DNA of 64,000 bases from Nitrospirota bacterium (GTDB lineage: Bacteria; Nitrospirota; JACRHJ01). The notes under the pieces were generated by a model. It did not search any database. It worked only from the letters and a program-made list of their open reading frames with translations, and was not told the DNA's origin. Below are positions 24,357 to 35,127 of the stretch, in pieces. Each line of letters opens with the position of its first letter. The stretch's first letter is position 1. The translations under genes and the position numbers were made by a program. Location of the stretch: assembly GCA_963733375.1 (NCBI GenBank), contig CAVTDB010000026.1, positions 256,001 to 320,000 of the forward strand, written 5' to 3'.

Positions 24357-26302
24357 TTAAGTGTCACTCCCAGGAAGCGGAGGCTGAAATTGAGCACGGA
24401 ACCTACCAGGATGGCGAACGGAAAGACGAAGGCTGTCATCGCCACCGCCGTCTTCATTCCGCGCTCTTTCACGGTGACGAAAAACTGCGCGATGCAGGGC
24501 ACGAAAAGCGTCACCGTCACGATACTTACCAGCACCTGCACCGGCGAGAGCTCTCCCGCCTTCTGCATTGCATAAAGTCCCGCCGCCCCGTAATCCCGGC
24601 GGAGGAACCCTATAAGGAAGGCCGCCGTCGCCTTCTCGGGCAGGCCCAGAAGCCCCACTATCACCGGAGACGAAACCTTTTCCACGAAGGTCAGGACCCG
24701 CAGCTTGTCGGCGGCGAAAAGTAAAAGCGTGCCCAGGATGAACAGGGGGACGGCCTCTTTAAGATACCACTCTATCCTGCCTATGGTCTTGTTTACTATG
24801 TTCTTCAATTTCGGGACCCGCACCGGCGGCAGCTCCAGTATGAAATCCGACGGCTCGCCCTTGATTATCTTTGACGAGAGGTAGCCGATAAGTAGCAGAA
24901 CGAATAACAGCACGAGCGCCCAGATTACGGTAGCCTCCCAGGATATGGCGGAGAGCATGCCCATTATCACGCCAAGCTGGGCGGAGCAGGGGATGGCCAG
25001 CGCCAGAAGGAGCGTTACGATAACCCGCTCTTTCTTGGTCTCAAGTATCCTGGTGGTCAAAGTCGCCATGGTGCAGCACCCAAGCCCAAGCACCATCGGG
25101 AGGACGGCTTTGCCGTTCAAGCCTATCAGCCGGAATACCCGGTTCACCATTATCGCCAGGCGCGGGAGGTAGCCGGAATCCTCAAGTATTCCGAACGCCA
25201 TGAAAAAGGTCGCCGTAATGGGCAGGACTATCGCTATGGAGTATGTGACCGCCATCGTGACAATCCCGTACTGGCCGATGAAAAGCTCCTTTAAAAACGG
25301 CGCCGGCACGTAATCGAACAGACGGATGATGACCGGGTTTATCCACTTGTTGAATACCACTTTCTCCATGAAGTCCACAAGCGTCCCGGCGCCGAAAACC
25401 CCCACGAATTCGTACATGACGAAGAGCACGACGAGCAGGACCGGCAGGCCCCAGACCGGATGCATCGTGATGGCACCCAGCCACTGCCTGAAACCCTTCC
25501 CCGCCTTCTTTACGCGGGACTGGCAGGACTTCACGATCTTGTCCACCACGGCCAGGCGTTTTCTGTTTATGTAATATCCGAGCGGCTCCGGATACTGGGC
25601 CTGGACGCTGTTTACAATCTCTTCCAGGGCGTCTATGGAGTCGTCCGGGATGAGGCTGTGCAGCCAGTTCCTGAGGCTGGTGTCCCCGCCTAAAAGCATC
25701 AGGGCGAGCGAGCGCCTGGAAATCCTCGCTTCGGGCAGAAGCGGCTCCATTTCCTTTATCGCGCTCTCAACCCTGTCTCCGAAAACCACGGAAAGAGTGG
25801 AGTGTTTAGGGGATGAAACCGCGTCCTTCAGTTTCGAGATACCTTTTTTCCTCGTGGCGACGGTGCTGATTGTATCGACGCCGGTATTTTGGGACAGGAC
25901 GGAGAGGTCGGTGGAAATCCCCAGGTTCTCCGCCTCGTCCGCCATGTTCAGGGCCATCACGAACGGCACGCCCATCTCGGCTAACTGGAGGCTGATGATG
26001 AGCGAGCGGCGAAGGTTCTTCACGTCCGCCACCTGCACGACCGTATCGAAATCCTCCATCAGAAGTATGTCGCGGGTTACCTGTTCGTCCTCGGACATCG
26101 GCAGGAGGCTGTTCACCCCCGGCGTGTCCATGATGACGTACTGCACTCCTTTTATCGCGGCGTTGCCGGTGGAAAGCTCGACCGTCGTGCCGGGATAGTT
26201 GGAGACCGTGGCGTATTTGCCGGTGAAGTTCCCGAAGATTACGCTCTTGCCGACGTTGGGGTTGCCGACCAGGAGAAGCTTTTTTAAGCCTTTCGGACTC
26301 AT
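24353..26302 (-). CDS. feoB: Ferrous iron transporter FeoB
   Basis: GNPNVGKS, NYPGTTV, DTPG, LEDSGY, Gate domains and LFVPC; start probably ATG at 26302. Confidence 0.95.
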   Translation of the reverse strand: MSPKGLKKLLLVGNPNVGKSVIFGNFTGKYATVSNYPGTTVELSTGNAAIKGVQYVIMDTPGVNSLLPMSEDEQVTRDILLMEDFDTVVQVADVKNLRRSLIISLQLAEMGVPFVMALNMADEAENLGISTDLSVLSQNTGVDTISTVATRKKGISKLKDAVSSPKHSTLSVVFGDRVESAIKEMEPLLPEARISRRSLALMLLGGDTSLRNWLHSLIPDDSIDALEEIVNSVQAQYPEPLGYYINRKRLAVVDKIVKSCQSRVKKAGKGFRQWLGAITMHPVWGLPVLLVVLFVMYEFVGVFGAGTLVDFMEKVVFNKWINPVIIRLFDYVPAPFLKELFIGQYGIVTMAVTYSIAIVLPITATFFMAFGILEDSGYLPRLAIMVNRVFRLIGLNGKAVLPMVLGLGCCTMATLTTRILETKKERVIVTLLLALAIPCSAQLGVIMGMLSAISWEATVIWALVLLFVLLLIGYLSSKIIKGEPSDFILELPPVRVPKLKNIVNKTIGRIEWYLKEAVPLFILGTLLLFAADKLRVLTFVEKVSSPVIVGLLGLPEKATAAFLIGFLRRDYGAAGLYAMQKAGELSPVQVLVSIVTVTLFVPCIAQFFVTVKERGMKTAVAMTAFVFPFAILVGSVLNFSLRFLGVTLK

Positions 26303-26331
26303 CCTTTTTCTCCCGCCGGCCATTTATAAGA

Positions 26332-26350
26332 GAATATGATAATCAATTTC
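26332..26350. promoter_or_regulatory. Fur box upstream of feoB
   Basis: GAATATGATAATCAATTTC, 15/19 match to GATAATGATAATCATTATC. Confidence 0.75.
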
Positions 26351-26379
26351 AATCCTTCCGCATTAAAAAAATGGTTTAA

Positions 26380-26814
26380 TCAGGCTGTCCTGCATGTCTT
26401 GCAGAGGCCGTAAAGCTCCATCCTGTGGTCATCCACGGAAAAGCCGTGTTTCTGGGCCACGTCCTCCTGGAGCTTCTCGATAAGCGGCTCCTTGAACTCC
26501 ACGATCTTTCCGCACCGGGTGCAGATTAAATGGTCGTGATGCCGGCTCGTGTCTTCTTTTTCAAATACTCCCTGCGTGTCTTCGGCGAAGCGGCGCTCCT
26601 TTGCAAGCCCGGCCTCAGTTAAGAGCCGCAGCGTGCGGTAAACGGTGGTAAGCCCGATGCCGGGGTGGGAGCGGGATACTTTGAGGTAAAGCTCTTCGGC
26701 GCTGATATGGCCCGTGGTGTCGAAGAATACCTGCGCCACGGCCTCACGCTGGCGCGTGACTTTCAGGCCTTTTTCGGCGAGGTATCTGTTAAGGTCGGCT
26801 ATTCTTTTGCTCAT
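26380..26814 (-). CDS. fur: Ferric uptake regulator
   Basis: TRQRE, HISAEELY, TVYRTL, HHDHLIC..C and GLCKTC; adjacent to feoB. Confidence 0.9.
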   Translation of the reverse strand: MSKRIADLNRYLAEKGLKVTRQREAVAQVFFDTTGHISAEELYLKVSRSHPGIGLTTVYRTLRLLTEAGLAKERRFAEDTQGVFEKEDTSRHHDHLICTRCGKIVEFKEPLIEKLQEDVAQKHGFSVDDHRMELYGLCKTCRTA

Positions 26815-26886
26815 ATGGCCCCGTTAATCCCGGTTTTTAACCGCGCGAAGTGGCCCGTCGCGCCGCCAATGTCTTATATTCAAATT

Positions 26887-26905
26887 GAAGATGATTATCA
26901 ATATC
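26887..26905. promoter_or_regulatory. Fur box upstream of fur (autoregulation)
   Basis: GAAGATGATTATCAATATC, 15/19 match to consensus, close to a minus-strand TTGACT -35 element. Confidence 0.75.
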
Positions 26906-26978
26906 ATAAAACGGCGAAACAAGTCAAGGAAAAATAATTCAGGTTGATTAAAAAAGAGGAAAGAAATATATTTAGCGG

Positions 26979-27765
26979 ATGAAAAAATTAAATTTCGCGA
27001 TCATCGCGGCAATGTTACTGCTTTCCTCCTGCGCCCCGCGCGCTATCGTGAAACCTATCCCAATCAACACGCCGCCGGATGAAGTTATAAAGATGGCCTC
27101 GGCGGGGACTGAAAATATCAAGGGTTTAAAAGCATCCGTGAAGGTGACGGTGCAGGCGGACGGCAAAAACCCGCGAGAGCATCGACGGGGTCCTGTATAT
27201 CGAGCGCCCGGACAATTTCCGGTTCACCGGACTTGCTTTCATGGGGTTCACGGTTTTCGACCTGGTGCTGACCGGCGATAAATTCTACTTCTACAGGCCG
27301 TCCGAAGGCTGGCTGTATACCGGCCCAAGGGAATCTTTTAAAGCTTTCCTGGCCAAAAACGGCGTCCAGGCGGACCCGGAGATAATAGGCCGAGCCCTCT
27401 TTTTGCAGAAAAAGGAGGGAGAGAAGTACCTTGTCGAAAAGACGGATGACGGCTATGATATTTATCAGGCGGTAAAGGCTGAAGGCGTCCTTTTGCCCCG
27501 GATGAAGGCCGAGTTCGACGCGGGACTGAACCTTGAAAGGAAGATATTTTTCGACGGCCTTGCCCGGCCCTACTTATACGTGACGGTATCGGGGAAAGTG
27601 GAGGAGGGCGGGGCGGCGCTGCCTAAGAGACTGACGGTAAAAGATATTGCACAGGGTATTGTGCTGACGGTGGATTTCGAGAAATACATCGTAAACCCGG
27701 AGGGGCTGGACAAGGAATTTACAATCGAGGGGCAGGAGCTGAAGGGCATAAGGGAAGTGCGGTAG
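26979..27765 (+). CDS. Lipoprotein, probably LolA/LolB-like fold (frameshift near 27175)
   Basis: Lipobox LSSC; beta-rich pattern; two ORFs join into one. Confidence 0.6.
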
Positions 27766-27798
27766 CGCCTGCTTATCGCCTCATAAAATAAAATATTC

Positions 27799-27827
27799 TT
27801 GACAGTTATCCGCCTTTATGTTAATTT
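27799..27827 (+). promoter_or_regulatory. Promoter of the aminotransferase-serA-purA operon
   Basis: TTGACA-17 nt-TAATTT with TG extension. Confidence 0.6.
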
Positions 27828-28016
27828 TCAGACGCTTCCGTAACCGGGGGCGCAGGCCATCAAGGTCCATTTCAAATCAGCCCGCTATTTGACACGTATC
27901 GCTTCTTTATTATTTCCGGGACATAGAGTTCCCGGAAATCCAGCGTCCTATATTTTCATTATACTTAACTGTCAATCCGAAGGCCGGTATTCATGGCCTA
28001 CTAAGGAGGCTCTCGT

Positions 28017-29160
28017 ATGAAAAAAACTTATCTCCTCGCGCCCGGACCCACGCCCGTGCCGCCCGAGGCGTTAACTGCAATGTCCATGCCGATTATCCAC
28101 CACCGCTCCCCGGACTTTATCCCCATCCTGGAATCAGCCAAGAACGACCTTAAATGGCTCTTCCAGACGGAGAACATGGTCCTCATCCTGGCATCCACCG
28201 GGACGGGAGGCATGGTCGGAGCGGTGAACAACTTCCTCTCTCCCGGCGATAAGGCGGTCGTCGTCCGAGGCGGTAAATTCGGCGAGAGGTGGACCGAGAT
28301 ATGCGAGGCATACGGCGTCCTGCCCATCAATATCGACGTCGAGTGGGGATACGCCGTAAAGCCTGAGCAGGTGGAGGCCGAGCTTAAGAAGGACCCGTCG
28401 ATAAAGGCCGTGCTCATCCAGGCGTCCGAGACCTCGACCGGCGTCGCCCATCCGACCAAGGAAATAGGGGAGATAGTAAAGAAATATCCCAATTGCCTTT
28501 TCGTGGTGGACGCGATTACGGCCATGGGCGTATTCGATATGCCGGTGGACAAATGGGGCATCGACGTCTGCATAACGGGTTCGCAGAAGGCCCTTATGCT
28601 CCCGCCCGGCCTCGCCTTCGTCTCCGTGAGCGAGAAGGCCTGGAAGATGAACGAGAGCGCGAAATGCTCCAGGTACTATTTCAATTTCAAAAAAGAGAAG
28701 AAAGAACCTGGAAAAGAACCAGACGAATTTCACTACCGCTTCCTCTCTCGTCGTGGGGCTGAACGCGGTGCTCTCGATGATGAAGGCCGAGGGCCTGGAG
28801 AACATATTCAAAAGGCACGAGAGGCTGGCCAACGCGACCCGGGCCGCGGTGACGGCGATGGGCCTGAAGCTCTACGCCAAGGAGTCCCCGACCCTGGCCT
28901 TGACGGCCGTGGAAGTGCCTGAGGGGATAGACGGCGGGAAACTGACCAAGGTGATGCGGGACAAGTATGGAGTCACTGTCGCCGGCGGCCAGGGGGACCT
29001 GAAGGGAAAAATATTCCGGATAGCGCACCTTGGCTACTTCAACACGTTCGATATAATAATCGGAATATCGTGCGCCGAGATGGCCCTTAAGGAAATGGGC
29101 GCGAAAATCGAGCTCGGCAAGGGCGTGGCGGCGGCGCAAGAGATACTGATGAAATTCTGA
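28017..29160 (+). CDS. Class V PLP aminotransferase (alanine-glyoxylate/serine-pyruvate family, likely acting as phosphoserine aminotransferase); frameshift in the A-run near 28700
   Basis: APGPTPVP, HHRS, GKFGERW, ETSTG, GSQKALMLPPGL and FRIAHLG; directly upstream of serA. Confidence 0.88.
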
Positions 29161-29182
29161 TCCTTCAGGGAGGCATTTCAAA

Positions 29183-30762
29183 ATGAAAGTCTTAATCAGC
29201 GACAGCCTTTCTCCGGAAGGGGTCGAGATACTTAAAAAAGGCGGCCTGGACGTCACCGTGAAGACGGGGATGACCCCCGACGAGCTTAAGGGCATAATCG
29301 GCGAGTTCGACGGCCTCGTGATAAGAAGCGCCACGAAAGTTACAGCCGACTTAGTTGACGCCGCCAAGAACCTGAAGGTTATAGGCAGGGCCGGTTCCGG
29401 GCTGGATAACGTCGATAAAGTAGCCGCAAGCAAGCGCGGGATTGTGGTCATGAATACCCCCGGCGGCAATACCGTTACCACCGCGGAACATGCATTGTCC
29501 ATGATGATGTCTCTCGCGAGAAACATCCCGCAGGCCACGGCAAGCCTTAAGGCCGGGAAGTGGGAGAAGAAAAAGATTCGAGGGCGTCGAACTCTTCCAG
29601 AAGACGCTGGGCGTACTCGGCATGGGCGCCATCGGCTCCCAGGTGGCAAAGAGGGCGCAGGCGCTTGGGATGACCGTGCTGGCGTTCGACCCGTACCTTT
29701 CGCCGGAGAGGGCGGCAATCGCTGGGCGTCGAATCATGCGACCTTGAATGCATCTACTCCCGCTCGGATTTCATAACCATACACTCTCCGCTGACGGACG
29801 AGACCCGCGGCCTTATAAACGCCCAGACTATCGCGAAGATGAAGGACGGCGTAAGGATAATCAACTGCGCGCGCGGCGGGATAGTGGACGAGAAGGCGCT
29901 CTACGAAGCCCTGAAATCGGGCAAGGTGGCCGGGGCCGCGCTGGACGTTTTCGAGAAGGAGCCGCCGGAGAATAACCCGCTTCTGGAACTGGACAATTTC
30001 ATCTGCACGCCGCATCTTGGGGCAAGCACGGAAGAGGCGCAGTTGAACGTCGCCAGGGCCGTCGCGGAGCAGCTTGTGGACTACCTGGTGAAGGGCGTGG
30101 CGAGGAACGCGGTCAACGTGCCTTTCGTCCCCGCGGACATCCTGCCCAAGGTCCAGCCGTACCTTGGCCTGGCGGAGAAAATGGGTTCTTTCCTTGCGCA
30201 GATATACGAAGGGGCGCTGGTATCCGTCACGATAGAATACAGCGGAGAGGTCGCGGACCTGGACCCTGCGCCGATTACCACCGCGGTACTGAAAGGACTT
30301 TTAAACCCCATCCTCGAGGAGGCCGTCAATTACGTGAACGCGCCTTTCATCGCCAAGGACAGGGGGATAGAGGTCAAGGAAGTAAAATCTTCCGACAACA
30401 AGGATTATCCGAGCCTCATCAAGGTCACGGCGTCCTCCGGTAAAAAAGATTTCTCCGTATCCGGCGCGCTTTATTTCAAGAAGGACCCAAGGATAGTCGC
30501 GGTGGACAATTTCAGGGTCGAGGTCGTGCCGGAGGGAGACATGCTGGTGACCTCCAACCACGACCGTCCCGGCGTCATCGGGAACCTGGGCACCGCCCTG
30601 GGGAAGAACGGGATAAACATCGCGAGGATGCAGTTCGGGCGGGACGAGAAAGGCGGGAAGGCAATATCCGTCATATCCATAGACGCCGCGCCTTCGAAGG
30701 AAGTTATCGCGGAGCTTAACAAGCTCCCGAACGTGCTTTCGGTTAAGTACGTTAAAATATAA
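29183..30762 (+). CDS. serA: D-3-phosphoglycerate dehydrogenase with ASB and ACT domains (frameshifts near 29570 and 29735)
   Basis: IRSATK, RAGSGLDNVD, NCARGG, TPHLGAST and DRPGVIG. Confidence 0.93.
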
Positions 30763-30786
30763 TATTCAACGGACTCTTTCGAATAA

Positions 30787-32163
<1,377 letters not shown>

Positions 32164-32167
<4 letters not shown>

Positions 32168-32192
32168 CTTTCGCGTCTTCCTCTGGTATTTT
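32164..32192 (+). promoter_or_regulatory. Promoter of tRNA-Lys
   Basis: TTGACT-17 nt-TATTTT with TG extension. Confidence 0.55.
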
Positions 32193-32210
32193 TGCCGCCT
32201 GCTTAATCGC

Positions 32211-32286
32211 GGGCCGCTAGCTCATTTGGTAGAGCACCGCCCTTTTAAGGCGGGTGTGCTGGGTTCGAATCCCAGGCGGCTCACCA
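32211..32286 (+). tRNA. tRNA-Lys(TTT)
   Basis: Acceptor stem GGGCCGC/GCGGCTC, anticodon arm CCGCC-CTTTTAA-GGCGG, GGTTCGAAT, CCA end. Confidence 0.96.
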
Positions 32287-32294
32287 GTACTATC

Positions 32295-32327
32295 AAAGGG
32301 GTTACGGATTTTCCGTAGCCCCTTTTT
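32295..32327 (+). terminator. Intrinsic terminator after tRNA-Lys (possibly bidirectional)
   Basis: AAAGGGGTTACGG/CCGTAGCCCCTTT stem plus T tract. Confidence 0.8.
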
Positions 32328-32432
32328 CGTCCACTGCGCCCCCTTCGCCTGAAACCCTTGGCCTGCTTGGCTTTAGAGCCCTTACCTTTTGTGAAGTCAA
32401 GCAGTATCGAGGAGGCAAGGGGGATATCCCTG

Positions 32433-34048
32433 TTATTTTCCAGATGATTTTTCAACCACTTTTACCATGAATTTCGAAACCTCCCCGGCAGGCAGGGCAG
32501 GACTCATTAAATAGCCCTGAATCTCGTCGCAGCCGCAATCCTTCAAAAATGACAACTGGTCCTCGGTCTCGACGCCTTCTGCGGTTACCACCAGATTCAG
32601 ATTGTGCGCTAACACGATAATAGCCTTGATGATAGCTTCATCGCTCGGACTCATGGAGATGTTTTTTACAAAAGAAGTGTCGATCTTCAGGCAGTCGAGC
32701 GGAATCTGGCTCAGGTGGTTCAGCGATGAATACCCCGTGCCGAAATCGTCAATGGAGATTTTAATGCCCATTCTCTTCAGCTTGTATAAAGTGGCAATAG
32801 CTGATTTGGGATCACGCATGAGTGCGCTTTCGGTAATTTCCAATTTCAAATATTTAGGAGGCAGGTTGGCGTTGCGCAGCGCCCGGTCCACGGCCTCAGA
32901 CAAGTTCGCCTGATCAAACTGTCGGTTGGAAAGATTCACCGATACCGCAATCGGCTCATATCCGGCCTCCTGCCAGGCCTTAACCTGCAAGCATGCCGTC
33001 TTCAGCACCCACTCGCCGATTGGTATGATAAGGCCGGTCTCCTCCGCGATGGTGATGAATTTCGACGGCAACACGAGGTCGCCATCGGGGGGATTCCAGC
33101 GCAGCAATGCTTCCACGCCGATTAGCTTTCTATCCGAAAGGGAGTGTATAGGCTGGTAGTAGACAAGGAACTCGTCATTCTTTACGGCCCGGTGCAGCCT
33201 GTCTTTTAAATTCTGATATTCAACAGCAGCGGACGTCATCGATTTAGAATAGAACTGGCAATTGTTTCTTCCTTTTGATTTGGCATGGTACATGGCGATA
33301 TCCGCGTTCTTGAGCAGCTCGTCCACGGTGGTCCCATCATTAGGGTAAAGTGATATTCCGACACTTGTGGTTATGAATACCTCGCGGCCGTCCAAAACAA
33401 TAGGCTCGGAAATGGCATTTAAGATGCGGCTGGCTATTTGATAGGCTTCCTTGGGATGGACAAGATTTTGCACCAGCAAGATGAATTCGTCCCCGCCCAG
33501 CCTCGACATGATATTTTCCGCCTGTACTCGTCCCCACGAGCGACATAATCGGAATTTCTTATCAGGTTGACAAGCTTATTGGTTACGGCTCGCAATAGCT
33601 TGTCGCCTTTATCGTGCCCCAGGGTATCGTTAATGCGCTTGAAATTATCCAGGTCAAGGAAGAGGACCGCCATGGTCAGTTCATGCCGGTCCGCATAGGC
33701 AATCGCATGCTCAAGGAGTTCCTTGAAAAACTGGCGGTTTGGCAGTTTTGTCAGGCTGTCGTAATAAGCCAGATAGCGGATTTGCTGTTCGGATTCCTTC
33801 CGGGTTTGCAGTTCCTGCTTTAGTCTGCTCATTTCGGAAACAAAAACTATCGTTATTCCGACCACTACCAAAGGCACCAATAACGCATCGCCAGCCCCGA
33901 TAACCAGTACTTTGTAAGGAACGTAGCCCCACCATAAATAGCTTTGTATGCAGGACGCTATAAAAGTGGCAATTTCGGATAAAAGTACCCCGATCCAGAG
34001 AAAGTGCCACGGGTTGATCTTTTTTATACTCTCAACTAACCGGCCCAT
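32433..34048 (-). CDS. Membrane-anchored diguanylate cyclase/phosphodiesterase (2TM-GGDEF-EAL), frameshift near 33520
   Basis: DSLTKLPNR, DLDNFKRINDTLGH, RLGGDEF, EALLRW, DDFGTGYSS and AEGVE. Confidence 0.92.
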
Positions 34049-34101
34049 AAATGCCCTTTTATAAATTTTTCGTTAAATAAACAATTTAGACAAGAGCCCG
34101 T

Positions 34102-35127
34102 CTATGTGAGCTCCGCGTCCAGTATATTGTCGAGATAGATACTGGGAAGCTTCTCCGGGACATAGGAATCCGAGTCGTCAACCCGCACCCACGCAAGCGT
34201 ATGGATCCCATAGGCCAGCTTTTCTTTCCTGCCGTAATTATCGACTTTAAAGTACTCAAAATAAAGGTCCATTCCGCACTCATAAACCCGGACCAGTTTC
34301 ATGGTAACACAGACACGGTCAAACGGCATCGCTTCGCGCAGGTGCTTGATGGAGGAATGAATGCATGCAAATTGTCCTTGCCTGTCCATCTTCCTGTATT
34401 TTTCGGGAGAAAGGTTGAACAGATATCTGTCCCGAAGATGCCCCTGCCACCTGAAATAGTTTGCGAAATAAATGTTCTGGGCGAGGTTGGAATGTTCCAT
34501 CGTGGTATTGATGACGCTTTCTTCGAGGACACCGTTATCCTCTCCGAGAATATCCGCCTCATAGAGCACTTTCCCGCTTCCGCCGTCGTAGGCCTTCCCG
34601 ACGCCGGCCGGCTCTTCATGCTTATCCGCAGGGTCTTCTTCGGGAAGCAGGTTTTCATCCCGCAGGAAGTCAGTAAAAAACTCCGGAGACGGGACAGGCT
34701 CCACAATGCCGTGGTCAACTACTCTGATCCAGGAGACCTCCTGCCTGCTGAATGCCATTCGCTTCATGGTTCCGCCGGGCGCTGTCTTGCCCCAGTCAAA
34801 ACTCAATACCAGCGATGAGCCGAATGCTTTCTCAATCCAAACCCGCGCATCGACCGTCTCGTGATTTCCGATACGGCCCGATATTTCGGTTTCGGTGAAG
34901 TTAGTAACCATGAAGTGGCCGTTATGAAACTCTTCGGCTATGTATTTGCCAATAGGCTTCAGGGCCGTTTCCCGCAACTTTCCAAGCCAGTTAAAATAAC
35001 TGGCGAAATAGACCCCGCCGCTAACCGTCGAGCTGTCTTTCAACACCAACGGGAACTGGAATGAGAGTATCTTCTGCCCTTGCGGGCCTCTGCCCGCGAT
35101 CGATTTCTCTGTGTTCTTTTGCGGCAA
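34102..35127 (-). CDS. Tandem hotdog-fold thioesterase (SgcE10/DynE7/CalE7-like), probably the C-terminus of the PKS
   Basis: Two repeats, GVYFASYFNWLGKLRE and NIYFANYFRWQGHLRD; ORF overlaps the PPTase ORF by about 100 nt with no clear SD. Confidence 0.8.
   Translation of the reverse strand: MPQKNTEKSIAGRGPQGQKILSFQFPLVLKDSSTVSGGVYFASYFNWLGKLRETALKPIGKYIAEEFHNGHFMVTNFTETEISGRIGNHETVDARVWIEKAFGSSLVLSFDWGKTAPGGTMKRMAFSRQEVSWIRVVDHGIVEPVPSPEFFTDFLRDENLLPEEDPADKHEEPAGVGKAYDGGSGKVLYEADILGEDNGVLEESVINTTMEHSNLAQNIYFANYFRWQGHLRDRYLFNLSPEKYRKMDRQGQFACIHSSIKHLREAMPFDRVCVTMKLVRVYECGMDLYFEYFKVDNYGRKEKLAYGIHTLAWVRVDDSDSYVPEKLPSIYLDNILDAELT

Noticed and set aside
27830-28010. 6S RNA
   Set aside because: The size is similar, but pairing is too discontinuous for the 6S rod and the 3' end overlaps the downstream SD; kept only as a candidate leader.
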